A stretch of 63,934 nucleotides of DNA, counting the filler, from Octopus bimaculoides (lineage: Eukaryota): NCBI RefSeq assembly GCF_001194135.2. It is 4 parts of 4 records of this genome, joined end to end, with 100 filler letters (N's around TTAATTAATTAA, not from the genome) between each part and the next. Parts side by side here need not be neighbours in the genome. Positions count along the whole stretch, not along the records: positions 1 to 15,337 come from NC_068984.1; 3 more parts are not named here. One strand, 5' to 3'. How positions within the stretch are numbered: position 1 is the first letter of the stretch; every line of letters starts with the position of its first letter. Under the pieces are notes generated by a model. It was not told the DNA's origin, did not search any database, and saw only the letters and a program-made list of their open reading frames with translations. The translations under genes and the position numbers were made by a program. Positions 1-12,009 of the stretch are shown here, in pieces.

Positions 1-84
1 TATGTGTGTCTGTATGTGTGTGAATGTGTGAGTATGTGGGTATATACATATATATGTACACACACACACACGTATATCTATATC

Positions 85-138
<54 letters not shown>

Positions 139-180
139 CAGTCAATTCAAATAAACAAACAATTAAAGCGAATATATAAC

Positions 181-340
181 ACGAAAAAAAAAAACGAACG
201 TGAGGGCGTGCTCAAGAAATATATTAGCTTGACGCTCGGTGAAAGGAGAGAGTTTAACGTTTCAAGCATAGCGCTTCGTCGGAAGGAGAAAGAGGAAAAT
301 CTAAAGGTGGAGGAGAAATTGCCAACGGCACACGTCTACT
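181..340 (-). mobile_element. Short non-autonomous repeat carrying a degenerate hammerhead-like motif (related copies near 34550 and 51090)
   Basis: Shares GCTCGG..GAAA....ACGTTTC-[stem]-TC(G/T)TC with the 34550-34700 and 51090-51230 copies; minus strand 256-282 reads CCGACGA-AGC-GCTAT-GCTT-GAAA-CGTT. Confidence 0.5.
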
Positions 341-535
341 TACATTGCTATAAAAGATATATTTGTTTGAATGTATATCTTTTAGGTCGATAGAATAAAA
401 TAATAGTGTCAACTGTGTTGCCTAAACACTTTGCATATAAATGTGTACTCATGGCAACAAAAATCGCTCAACTTACTAGAAATAGCAGCCAAATATTCCT
501 CAAATTACACCCTTCCATCATTAAATTGGAAGGAA

Positions 536-1116
536 GGATCTATTTTGAAACGGGGGTCACATTTTTCATTAATGTTTTACGTAGTGTTTTTGGTACGGAA
601 AGACTTTCAAACTTCGTATACTTATCTATTTTGTGTTATAGAACAGAAAAATATTTTTGTATTCAAATTTATTTCATGTAAAAAATTGTCTTATTTCGAT
701 AATTTCAACCAATCACTGACAAGTATTCAGTTGTTTATATTTACTCCTTTGGCTGATTAAGCGATGTAAAGCGTATTTAATCTCCATACCTTCGTTTTAT
801 TTGCTTTTTTCATTTTAAATTTGCTTTAACCCTAACCCTAACCCTAACCGTAGGGTTAGGGTTAGGGTTAGGGTTAATTGTTTCAGAATCGTTTGTTTAT
901 GTAGTCGGCACTTAATGTATATCGGCTGAATGGACGTCAGTGATTGGTTGAAATTACAGAAATACGACAACTTTAACATGGAATAACTTATGGATTTCTT
1001 TTTTTTTTTAAGAAGGCTAAGAGAAAAAGATGTTTTATATGACACATTCTACCAGTGTTCCAAGTTTCAAAGTGTTTCGTTAATGAAAAATGTGGCCCCC
1101 GTTTTAAAAAAGATCC
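536..1116. mobile_element. Foldback MITE-like element with long imperfect inverted arms and a central telomeric palindrome
   Basis: Arms 536-731 and 927-1116 are reverse-complementary (GGATC..GAAACGGGGGTCACATTTTTCATTAA vs TTAATGAAAAATGTGGCCCCCG..GATCC; TTTCAACCAATCACTGAC vs GTCAGTGATTGGTTGAAA); GGAA directly flanks both ends (532-535, 1117-1120). Confidence 0.75.
827..877. repeat. Interstitial telomeric repeats, (CCCTAA)n followed by (TTAGGG)n
   Basis: TAACCCTAACCCTAACCCTAACC-G-TAGGGTTAGGGTTAGGGTTAGGGTTAA read directly. Confidence 0.95.
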
Positions 1117-1780
1117 GGAAGGAATAATAAGGCAGCGTAATCTTCGATAAATTGATATCTGAAATAAAAGATGATACATATATAAATGGAACGTATTTTG
1201 TCATAGTTCTGTTGAATGAAGGTAAGATTTAAACTATCTTAGAATACTTGCAGGAAAAGCTGTGTTACTTTAGTTACTGTTGATTGCACTGTACTTCCTT
1301 CTTCTGTAAAGTTAATTCAATGTAATGTAATATAATGTAACTACTTCGTACTGAAGAAATCCAACAAGATCGAGCTCTATGTTAAGGTTACTCTATGTTA
1401 AGGACTCTTTTATCAAAAGAAAGAAAATTTAATCAGATAAAAGCGTAAAGATATTTTTATTCCTTTCACTAACGATAAAAATAAGTAAATTAGTAATATA
1501 GATTCTGACGAAACGATTCTATCTAGCCCTTACTATAAAAGTAAAGAATGGTTACTATTTTAAATATTTCATCAAGTAGAGAAGACAACTCTGAATATAT
1601 TTTAATGTTATGACATTACCAGTGGAAAACAGGCGTCCACGTACTTCCACAAGTGTTGATGGAAGGTGTTATATCCCATGGAGCGTCCAAATTAACAACA
1701 AACTAGGTTAAATAGCGAATGGAAGACGCCTGTTAATGGCTGAAACCATGGGTAAATATGCATAGGGAACTGGGAAGGGA

Positions 1781-2130
1781 GTGAAAGAGAAGAGAAAAGA
1801 AAAGAAGAGAGAGAGACAGAGAGAAAGAGGGAGATATAAAGAAGAGAGAGAGAGACAGAAGAGAGAGAGAGAGAGAGACAGAAGAGAGAGAGACAGAGAG
1901 AAAGAGAGAGATATAAAGAAGAGAGAGAGAGACAGAAGAGAGAGAGAGAGAGAGACAGAAGAGAGAGAGAGAGAGACAGAAGAGAGAGAGAGAGACAGAA
2001 AGAAGAGAGAGAGAGACAGAAAGAAGAGAGAGAGACAGAAAGAAGAGAGAGAGAGAGACAGAAAGAAGAGAGAGAGACAGAAAGAAGAGAGAGAGACAGA
2101 AAGAAGAGAGAGAGACAGAAAGAAGAGACT
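1781..2130. repeat. Compound AG-rich micro/minisatellite
   Basis: Reiterated GAGAGAGAGACAGAA(AGAA) units of about 20 nt. Confidence 0.9.
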
Positions 2131-2859
2131 ATGAGACTATCTGTTTACCATTCGGAAGACTGCTATTCGAGTGTAAATTATCTGGATAATGAACATGAGT
2201 CAGGAATGTTGATAGGTACAGCCTCTAGGTTTGATGACATGTTCCGTTCACCTACTCGTTCTCTGATATCAACAACTGGGGTTATTGAAGAAAAAAGAAG
2301 TGAAAGGAAAATATTCTATCGTAATGAATGAAGGAAAATAAGAATAACAAATGGAAAATACAACAAAGAATAGTAAAACCATGGTCATGACGTAAACAAA
2401 AGAAACTGATCTGTGTCGAGCAAATGCTCTGCTGAATGTTTTACTGGAACTTGAAATAAAATGTTGTTCCTTGTTACACAAAGACACTTATACATGCTTG
2501 TAATAAATACTGACAACCTGTGAGCGAGCAGTGGTTGCTATCATAAACATTCTGGAACAGTGCCAAAAACAATTAACTCATATACTCTCTTACGTAATCA
2601 AAACACCTGAATTTTTGTTTGGTATTTTTGGATCCTGGAATTTGTTTTTCTTTTTCAAGCTTTTCCAAAGAAAGGTTGGTAGACTTAATTCGTCGCCTCG
2701 GACATTCGAGTTCATTCTATATTGCAAAGAGGTTCTCACTGAGGATAATGTTCTTCCTCCATCATATATTTCGGAGGCCATGGAAAAGCACCCCTGGTAG
2801 TAACCTCTCCCTCTTGGCCTACATATACACGTATATACGCACATACATAAAGGTTCTAC

Positions 2860-3200
2860 TTCATTGCGGCACGTTGTTGCTAAAACAATATGCAATACCA
2901 TCTGCAGAAAACGACACTTCAGTAAAACACCTATTTGATGTTATGAGACCGCTTCTATTGTTTTCATTCATGGTGAATACATACGTTACATGTCAATTCA
3001 AAGAATATTGGGGGAACATTCCCATCGAAACTTCAACCAAAATGCAAACATAACAGACATAATATAATTATTTGAGACTGAAAATAATAGTTGTGTTCAT
3101 TCAGAGAGTCAAATGAGATCAAAAGACGCAAAGCATTATTAACAGAACTGCAATGAGAAATTACAAACATTTGTCGAGCAAAGTGACTAGAAAAGCCGAG
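2860..3200 (+). mobile_element. Decayed R4/Dong-like LINE 3' region (post-CCHC and restriction-like endonuclease start)
   Basis: Frameshifted translations SLRHVVAKTICNTICRK, EYWGNIPIETS, CKHNRHNIII resemble the LRHD.VAK..YN / WWN.PIKTS.KCKHNKPDI motifs also seen at 26850-27400. Confidence 0.55.
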
Positions 3201-4608
3201 ATATGAATGCAAAAAACAAAACAAAAACAAAACAAGCAAAGACAAGGTTATTAGTGAAACAACAAAATCAAGTATAGAGACAGAAGCTTAAACAAGTAAA
3301 ACCTTCGAGTATTGAAGACAAAGAATAAATCAGGAAGATCGCTATGTAGAAATTACTTAGAATAAGTAAGACTAAAACAACATTTATAAGAAAGAAAAAG
3401 ATCACCATTTTGGTGGTTAGTTGAAAAAAAGAAAACGTCACAAAATCTACAACTTACTGAGACATAACTGAATTCAAAAAGTAGAGAAAATTTATTTCAT
3501 AGAGAGTAGATATATAAAAATACTTTAGAGGAGAAAATATACAAAACGCATATGTAGATATTTGGAGGCATTTTTCGCCAGAATAAAAAGAAAACTCAAC
3601 TTTTATTCATTAAAAAATGAAAGCCTTGAGATAAGGAACCCACTTATCATCCAATTGTGCTGAAATTGTTTCCAGAGCGCAAGTATTCGATGATGTGAAT
3701 ATTGAAATATTATTGTCATTTAGCGAGTGCCTTTTCAGTCTTCCTCTTCTCTATTGATACATCCACATCGTATACGCACAGATATATATCTTTGTATCGA
3801 ATAGCTTCCTAGATTTTTAGCCAAGGTTCGAAACCTAGCTTCTACCAATTCCTTTCTATTGTTCTTGAATTTTTCACTAAGAAATTTATGAGTCAACTGT
3901 CATGTTTAGATCAGGTTTATTGTTTAAGTAATTATTTCAAGTCATACTTAGGTCAAGGCAGATAGGAGACGGAAAATCCTTTGCTTAGTCTGACCTAATT
4001 TAGTCAGAAAAGTATATAAATACAGAAGCCCAAATCGGTTTTACTTTTCTCGCTGGGCACCAGCCCCCAAAGGCATATCACTGTTTTTCTTCGTTCACTT
4101 GTGGCTTGTCACTCGGGACCATACAACTTTCACCCTCTCTGCTTGTCAACCCAGAGATGTAGACTCTCTTACTACGTCTCTCTCGCTTTTTCCACCCGTC
4201 TTCTAGCAGTTACTCACAGATAAAGTTAACTACCTACAGAACGGATAACAAAATTGCAGATAATCATTGTACAACAACAATTCATCGTGAGGATGAAAAT
4301 AAAGGGCCATTTCAACTAATATTTTTCTTCCTCCCATTTACCTGTTGCATAAATAGTTACATCTTCATAAAACTTTCAAGCACAAACATTGACAATATTT
4401 TTTTCCAAGGACAGGGGGTCTTGCTCTAAACGAATAAATTACATTGACATCAGAACTTTAAAAAAAAGTCTACATATTATGAGTCTGGTGAAGCAGGTTA
4501 CGGAGAAATTTGAACCCGAAATAATAAGATATGCAACTGTTGGTAGTGTAAAGCATAAACATTTTGTTCTCTATTGTTTCTATCAGTCATATCTTTCCGA
4601 TATCCTGT

Positions 4609-4870
4609 GAAGAAGAAGAAGAAGAAGAAGAAGAAGAAGAAGAAGAAGAAGAAGAAGAAGAAGAAGAAGAAGAAGAAGAAGAAGAAGAAGAAGAAGAAGA
4701 AGAAGAAGAAGAAGAAGAAGAAGAACAACAACAACAACAACAACAACAACAAAAAGAGCAGCAACAACAACAAAAATAATAACGATAACATGGACGACGA
4801 CGACAACAAAGACAACAACGACAACAACAACAAAAAACATCAGCAACGACGACAACAACAGCAACAACAA
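4609..4870. repeat. (GAA)n followed by (CAA/CAG/CGA)n microsatellites
   Basis: Direct reading; source of the poly-E/K/Q/N ORFs. Confidence 0.95.
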
Positions 4871-5466
4871 CTGAGTTTGGTATGTAAGTAAATGAGAAAA
4901 ATGCAATCCTTACAAAATGTTTTCCCACGAATCATACAAACTTTGCCATGTAAAAAATCCTGTTAGCATCTGAGTTAATTATGATTTGCGATTCAAATTT
5001 TGGAATGTTGAATCATTTTGTTTATTGTTGTTTGTAACGTTTTGTTTTAGAGCTTAATTAGAATACTGTGTTCTGTAATCTCTAAAGTTTCAGGAAACAG
5101 AACAAACTGGTTTCCCAGGACGTCTTAATCTATTTTCTACTTCATTTGAATAAATAATTAAAATTATTTCTTATTCAGGAAAGAAAATTGCACTACTTGA
5201 CATAATTAGCTACAATCAGAAATCACGTGTTTTTGCTCATTCTACTGATTAAAGGAACGTGTAACATATTTTCAACCTTTTACTTGGCAATTAATCAGAT
5301 GTTGATGCGTTTTTAAATATTTGGTTATATTGAAAAACCTGAGATTTATGATTTAAGAAGCTTCATNNNNNNNNNNNNNNNNNNNNNNNNNNNNNNNNNN
5401 NNNNNNNNNNNNNNNNNNNNNNNNNNNNNNNNNNNNNNNNNNNNNNNNNNNNNNNNNNNNNNNNNN

Positions 5467-7110
5467 AATCAAATTTCTATTCTTAAAGGAATGCATGTGT
5501 TGAGCCACACGTAATTGAATTTTATTCGAAGTCAATCCTATGTAAAACTTATTTAAATTATAACCATTAAATTTATTCCCGTCCATTAAAGTCACTATAC
5601 GACATCCTTCAAATTACATTTATCAATTAAATTTACATTTAGTCTTATCTCTATATGTACAATTAATTATATCCTGGTCCTCATTATTATTATTAGAATA
5701 AGTATTTAATTTATATTTGTAATACTTATTTAACTTTAATCTATTAAAAGAAGAAATAATGTTACCAACATTATTAGTAGTAGAATATCCTACACCCAAA
5801 TTATTACTAGAAAATATATTATAATATATTTTATTACCTCTAAGGAATATTTCAATTACGTTAAAAATTTCTTTAATAATGTTAGTTTTAACTTGAACGC
5901 CGTATGGAATAATTAGCCAAAGTTTATTCTTATTATAGATATTATTATATTTATTATTTATATTATTAAATTAATTATTATCATTAAAAGAATTAAATTT
6001 AAATCTATTATTGTGACCATTACAATTATGTTTATGTTTATGTAATTTATTATCATAATACCTATTATTCTTACCATAATTACCTAAGTAGACCATATCA
6101 TAATTATAAAAGTTATGTTTATAAAATGGATCATTAATATCATAATCATTACTATTATAATTATAATTATACTTCGGATTATTAAAAAATTGAATATCAT
6201 TAGTATATCCCGCCTCACAAAGGGCTTTATTGTAATAAGGTGAATGTTTTTCGAAGATCTCTAAATTGGATGAAAGTAATGATACTCTCTTACCTATAGT
6301 ATATGTTAACGATTTCTTCATTGAGGCTGGGTGATTACTTTTCGCATGAATATATTTAATATTTTCATTAATCCTATGGTAAGATTGGGTTTTACCTGTT
6401 GATAAGTTAAAATTAGCATTTTATTAATTTATATTATAGTTCTCATTATATATAGTAAGCTTTAATCCATTTCTTTAAAAAAAAACTATATAATCTCTTC
6501 TTATATAATTCTAGTGGTCTATTGGTGCAATTCTTAGTTAGTAATAAAAGGTCATCTTTATATAAACCACCCTCCAATTTTAAGTTTTCAAGTTGAAGTT
6601 CTGATAATAAATATATACCTACTAAATCAATTACATGTACTGAATCGGGTGCCCACATTGGTATATCAAAATAGTCTCTAGAATCTTTCCTAGCCCACAA
6701 CTTATATTTAATCAACGATTTCCTAGTCATTTTAACTACATTAACTTCATCATAAGTCATACCTACCTTCATTGCATTAATTAGGGCCTTATTAAGAACA
6801 ATCTCATTAATAGAAGAAGAATAATTGTCAATATCTATTTGAATAAATTTATATATATTTTTATCTTTAATATTATTAAACCATTTTAAAGCATCTATAA
6901 TACTATTCCATAATTTAAGGTAATTAATATGATTTAATCTATTGATATATTTATCTAAAATGATCTTACTTAATTTACCTAGATCTCACTTACAAGGACA
7001 AATAAGCCTAACTTTAGGGTCATGTATTTTATTATAATTCTTATTAAATTTTTCTATATGTGACATTGGATTTTCATGGATGAATTCATGAACTTGGTTC
7101 TTTTCTCTAA
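5467..7110 (-). mobile_element. Decayed Penelope-like element (Naiad-like RT plus C-terminal GIY-YIG endonuclease), very AT-rich
   Basis: Minus strand: RLICPCK*DLGKLSKIILDK, KWFNNIKDK..KFIQIDIDNY, FDIPMWAPDS..DLVGIYLL, GLYKDD, YIHAKSNHPASM..SLLSSNLEIFEKHSPYYNKALCEAGY, N/Y-rich linker, then KFYIGLTSNKIQLRVAQHMHSF; stops and a frameshift near 6440. Confidence 0.88.
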
Positions 7111-7212
7111 ATTATATATTTATATATTATATACTATGAAACTTAATTTAATTTTAATTTTTGATAAATTGAATTTAATTGAGTTTTTACCTGTAAATTT
7201 GGATTTTTATCC

Positions 7213-7213
7213 C

Positions 7214-7274
<61 letters not shown>

Positions 7275-7292
7275 TATTATTATTATTATTAG
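7213..7292. repeat. (TAT)n microsatellite at the 3' tail of the RTE element
   Basis: Direct reading; abuts the RTE 3' end. Confidence 0.85.
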
Positions 7293-7294
7293 TA

Positions 7295-8995
7295 TTATAT
7301 ATATATATCGTCGGCTCCAGCTCGTATCAGAGCATTGAGTTCGTTAGTTTCCATCCAGTCTCCTCGGTTGATGCTTTTTCCGAAAGTGACTTTGGAGTCC
7401 AAGTCGGTGGTGAAAGAGTCGTGAGCAGAACTCACACGGGATGGTCGGTGCAGGTTGAGGATGTTGAAGACGCTCCTTTCTTCTCCTGCGTTTTGCCTCC
7501 TCATTCTGTTGTCTGTTCTGTTCGAAGGAGTTGGCTCCATTGCGGATAGCAGTCCTTCAGGCTGTCCTATCCATGGCAATCTGTTCCCATGAGGATGACT
7601 GGATGTTAGCTTGAGCCAAAGTCCGTTTGAGCTCGTCTTTAAAACGAATTTCGGACCTCGTATGGGTCTTCTTCCCAGTGCAAGCTTTCAGTAGAGCATA
7701 ATCCTTGGGAGACGAGAGGGCTCCATACGCTGGATGTCACCTGCCAAGCGGAGACGATGGTGAATAATAGTGGCTTCGACACTTGGTTGTGAGGCGCGAC
7801 GAAGAACCTCGTTATTGGTAACGTGATTTTCTCATTGTATGTTGAATATCTGTCGTAACTTCAATTGCTGGAAGCATTCAAGGCGCTTGAAGTCACGGCG
7901 GTACAACATCTAAGTCTCACAAGCGTAGAGTTGACAGGACAATGGCACAGAAGACCGTGATCTTTGTCCGGATGGTCAGTGCGTGATTGAAGACTCGGCT
8001 GAGTTTGCCGAAGGCGGAATGGGCCGCCCCAATCCGGTTCTCCACGTCTTTTTCACTCGTGAGATCTTCGAAAGGATAGTTCCAAGGTATGTGAAGTGTT
8101 CAACTTCTTCTTGGGGTTGGCCGTTGATGCTAATGTTTGTAGGTGGGCTGTTCTGGCCTGGTGCAGGTTGCATCTGTGTCTTGGTCTTTAATGTGTTTAC
8201 CTGCATCCCGAAGCGTTCGTAAGCCGCGTTGTAAAGATCGGTCGTCATTTGTAGGCCATCTGCGGTCCGGCTCGGACTGGCATTGTCGTCGGCATACTGC
8301 ACCCACGGACTGAGATAGTGGAGGTCCTCGTCTTTGCACGGAGACGTGCGAGATTGAAGAGTCCGCCATCCAAGCAATAGTAAATGTTGATGGAAGGTGA
8401 GTCTAGTGGGATTTCGTTGAACATGGCGGCCATGTACAAAGAGAAACNNNNNNNNNNACCTGCATCCCGAAGCGTTCGTAAGCCGCGTTGTAAAGATCGG
8501 TCGTCATTTGTAGGCCATCTGCGGTCCGGCTCGGACTGGCATTGTCGTCGGCATACTGCACCCACGGACTGAGATAGTGGAGGTCCTCGTCTTTGCACGG
8601 AGACGTGCGAGATTGAAGAGTCCGCCATCCAAGCAATAGTAAATGTTGATGGAAGGTGAGTCTAGTGGGATTTCGTTGAACATGGCGGCCATGTACAAAG
8701 AGAAACAGGTTGGTGCAAGGACGCATCCCTGCTTAAGACCCCCAGTGATGGGAAACGGGTCTGTGCGAGCATTTTGATGGCATGCCCTAACTACCATGCC
8801 GTCGTAGAGGGAGCGGACTAGGGCAATGAAGTCCTTCGGACATCCAAACCGGGCAAGGACGGCCCACATTGCAGGACGGGGGACCTTGTCAAAGGCTTTC
8901 CTTAGATCCCAGACGATGAACATTGCAGGCTGTTGTTTTTCCTGACACTTCTCCTGGAATTGATGGGCACAAAAGATCATGTGGATTGTGCCTGT
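7295..8995 (-). mobile_element. 5'-truncated RTE-clade (BovB-like) LINE, RT domain to 3' end
   Basis: DLRKAFDKVPRPAMW..LARFGCP, GGLKQGCVLAPTCFSLY, YCLDGGLFNLARLRAKT, QYADD, VEHFTYLGTILS; frameshifted; contains a 249-bp duplication across a gap. Confidence 0.92.
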
Positions 8996-9179
8996 ATGTA
9001 CGTACATATGCATTAATATGCATATAAATTTAGTTACACTTTATCACCACTGACTAGCGGTCTGATTTCTATTAATTCCCTAGGCAATTCTTTGAACAAC
9101 TGCTTTGCTTAATTGCTTTATATGTCTTTTTTTTTCTAAATCTTTATTCTTTCTCTAAGACTTCAGATAATTTCTTTGC

Positions 9180-9257
9180 ATGGGCCCTTGTATATACAAT
9201 GACTTAAAGGGCCCACTTGCCATCAGGCAAGCTGACAACCTGGCTACTCCACCACTG
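9180..9257. mobile_element. One end of a hAT-like MITE
   Basis: GGGCCC subterminal motifs and terminus ..CCTGGCTACTCCACCACTG (CAGTGG on minus strand); other end not identified. Confidence 0.4.
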
Positions 9258-9428
9258 TACGTACGTACGTATGTATGTATGTATGTATGTATGTATGTAT
9301 GTATGTATGTATGTATGTATGTATGTATGTATGTATGCATATCTATGTATATGTATATGTATACAAGTCGTCTAAGAGTCCATATGTCAGGAAAAGTGCT
9401 CTCGTATATCTATCTATCTATCTATCTA

Positions 9429-9482
<54 letters not shown>

Positions 9483-9551
9483 GCNNNNNNNNNNNNNNNN
9501 NNNNNNNNNNNNNNNNNNNNNNNNNNNNNNNNNNNNNNNNNNNNNNNNNNN

Positions 9552-9584
<33 letters not shown>

Positions 9585-9675
9585 GTGTGTGTAAGTCTGC
9601 ATGTATGTATGTGTGTGTATACATAGACATATATACAAACATACATATAAAGACAGACAGACAGAGATAAATAGT

Positions 9676-9707
<32 letters not shown>

Positions 9708-10482
9708 AATAGATTTGGTGTGATGTATCTACGCGTACGCATATAAACAGGTCACCACCCTTGCAACACCAGCAGCGAGTTTATCTTGCATTGTTTAAAT
9801 CAAGTCCTCCCCCTAAAGTAGGGATCATGATCCACTTGGAGTGAGGACCCTTAAAAACGTCGGAGAGTTCGTGAGTGCAACACAGAAATTTTTAGCCTAT
9901 ATTGTAGCCTTAGGACAATCATTTGTTGCTTATTGAAAATTTTCCTGCAAAATAATTATATAAATAAATTAATTAATTAAATAAAAAATAAATTAAAAGA
10001 TACAACTTCCGGATTGTACATCTAAAAAATTCAAAATTAAAATTTGATAACAGTCGTCCAAAAAATAACGTCATATCAAAATAATAGCACGTTTTCAATT
10101 TTAATTTTAACTGCATGTGATCGTGGAACATCCTCAGTGACTTCCTTCCTCCGCGTGTTATCTGAGAAAACAGAAAAGTACTATCTATTTTTACATTTAC
10201 CTGCATGCAACTAGATTCTTATTGCAAGTTATTTTAAATTTTCAATTTAATTTCATGCTTTTGCATGACGGACCTGGATGTAATTGTAAATAAGTATAGC
10301 GCATGAAGCCACTTAGAGAGACATCTTCCAACAAAAAAGAAAGAAAATATGACATGAAGCTCTACTGTGTAAAATTTAGTAAAACGACATGACACGTTAG
10401 CGTAATACATTTGTTACCGTATTTCTTTTCTTTTCTTTTTTTCTTTTTGCGATAGCAGAGAGCAAAATTGATTCAAGAAACT

Positions 10483-10633
10483 GGTACGTGGCTGTATAGT
10501 AAGAAGTTTGCTTTCCAACTACATAGTTCCGGGTTCAGTCCCACTGTGTGGCACCTTCGGCAAGTGTCTTTTGCTATAGCCCTGCGCCGACTAAAACCTC
10601 GTGAGTGAATTTTGTAGACGGAAAGTAAAAGAA

Positions 10634-10675
<42 letters not shown>

Positions 10676-10868
10676 ATGCGTGCGTGTGTGCGTGCGTGCG
10701 TGCGTGCGTGTGTGTGTGTGTGTGTACCCCACCACCGCTTGACAACCGCTGTTGGTTTGTTTACGCCCACTAACTTAGCGCATCGGCAAACGAGACCGAT
10801 AGAATAAGCACCAAGTATAGAAAAAAATAAGTCAATTAAGTCAATAGGTCAATTTATTCGACTAAACC
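10483..10868 (+). mobile_element. tRNA-derived SINE, family A, near full length with internal microsatellite
   Basis: A-box-like GTGGCTGTATAGTAAG, B-box-like GGGTTCAGTCCC, GGCAAGTGTC core, internal (CT)n/(GTGC)n, 3' module GAGACCGATAGAATAAG. Confidence 0.85.
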
Positions 10869-10960
10869 TGTCGAGTTATCGGAATCTTTCATTTAACAGA
10901 AACCATCCGTTGAGAATCATATTCATACTATTAAAATATTAGAATGCATCTTGTGGGGTT

Positions 10961-11215
10961 GCTTATTTAATTGCAAAAGAGCTATTATACAACATCGGCG
11001 AAGAATTTGTGTTTAGAGCAGGGACAGAAATTGTTTATCGAAAAAATTCGCAGATGAATTAAGGAAAGTCCCGCCGTTAAATAATGATGTTGGTAATGGT
11101 ATTTCAGAAAGTAAGGTTAACCCATTCGAGCAACTTATTGAAGAAATAAAAAAATAAATTCTAAATTTGTAATTCAATTGGATGAAATGATTGGCAGTAC
11201 AAACACTAGCTGCAA
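10961..11215 (+). mobile_element. hAT (Charlie/Buster, ZBED5-like) transposase fragment
   Basis: AYLIAKELLYNIGEEFVF..GTEIV, KKFADELRKVP..NN, SKFVIQLDEM resemble the LIAK..KPHTIGEELI..A.EIV / IPLSNNTV / FALQLDES motifs; frameshifted. Confidence 0.65.
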
Positions 11216-11234
11216 TAATTTCTTGAGATGATAG

Positions 11235-11895
11235 GACACTGACTACTTGTATCTTGATTCTGCTTAAGAATTTGATAAGATTGGTCATGAAATCATCTGT
11301 CATAAGAATAGGGGATTTTCGTATTATAGGAAAACTCCGAGAATGGCTCTTTGATTTCTTACGGGCTAGAAATCAATCTATTATTGAAAACGCTTTTCTC
11401 TCTACAAATTCATCTGTAATAAGTGGTATACCTCAGGGAAGACCATTATTATTTATCATCACCCTAACAAATATAAGTTCATAAGTGCATTAACAAGTTA
11501 CGCCGATTACACAAAAGTATCAATAGCTATCCAAACTCTAGAAGATGCCGTCATAATCAAAACTGAGCTAAACGTCATTTATCAATGGGTAGAAAAAGAC
11601 AAAATGAAATTTATTACATAAAAATTTCGGGTTTTACATTACGAGCTTTGGTCTCCAAACTCATCCGGTCTCACAGAAGAAATTAAACGATTACAATGAA
11701 CATTTGGCAGTAAAAAGCCTTAATTACGGGAATGTCTGAAAGTCTACGTCCCTACTCTTTTGAACGCCGAAGAGAGATATACTAACATGTACGTATGGAA
11801 GATTCAGGAGAGGCATATTCCAAACTTCGGTATTAAAGAAAATATTAATCCACAAACTGGTAGATACTGTCAACTTCCAAATATACCGCCTTCGA

Positions 11896-11900
<5 letters not shown>
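11235..11900 (+). mobile_element. Decayed CR1-group LINE RT fragment and 3' region
   Basis: Frameshifted FDKI.HEI, GKLREWLFDFL, SSVISGIPQG, YADYTKVS, ERYTNMYVWKIQE..PNFGI; ends in (TA)n. Confidence 0.8.
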
Positions 11901-11936
<36 letters not shown>

Positions 11937-12009
11937 CTGTCTCTCGCACCCCCCCCCACACACACACATACACTCACATACTGAGAGCACTTTGACCAGA
12001 AGTACAATA

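Noticed and set aside
827-877. Ancient telomere-telomere fusion site
   Set aside because: Order is (CCCTAA)n-(TTAGGG)n, opposite to a fusion, and it lies inside a foldback element.
2619-2660. FLDPG as a TnpB/Fanzor RuvC-I motif
   Set aside because: No RuvC-II/III or zinc-finger motifs follow; downstream sequence matches an R4/Dong-like relic.
4564-4891. Poly-Glu/poly-Gln or poly-Lys ORFs
   Set aside because: Pure (GAA)n/(CAA)n tracts, no splice context or flanking coding signal.
10090-10215. Minus-strand exon candidate (acceptor TTTTCTCAG, NTRRKEVTEDVPRSHAV)
   Set aside because: No convincing donor, implied upstream intron only about 40 nt, no recognisable protein.
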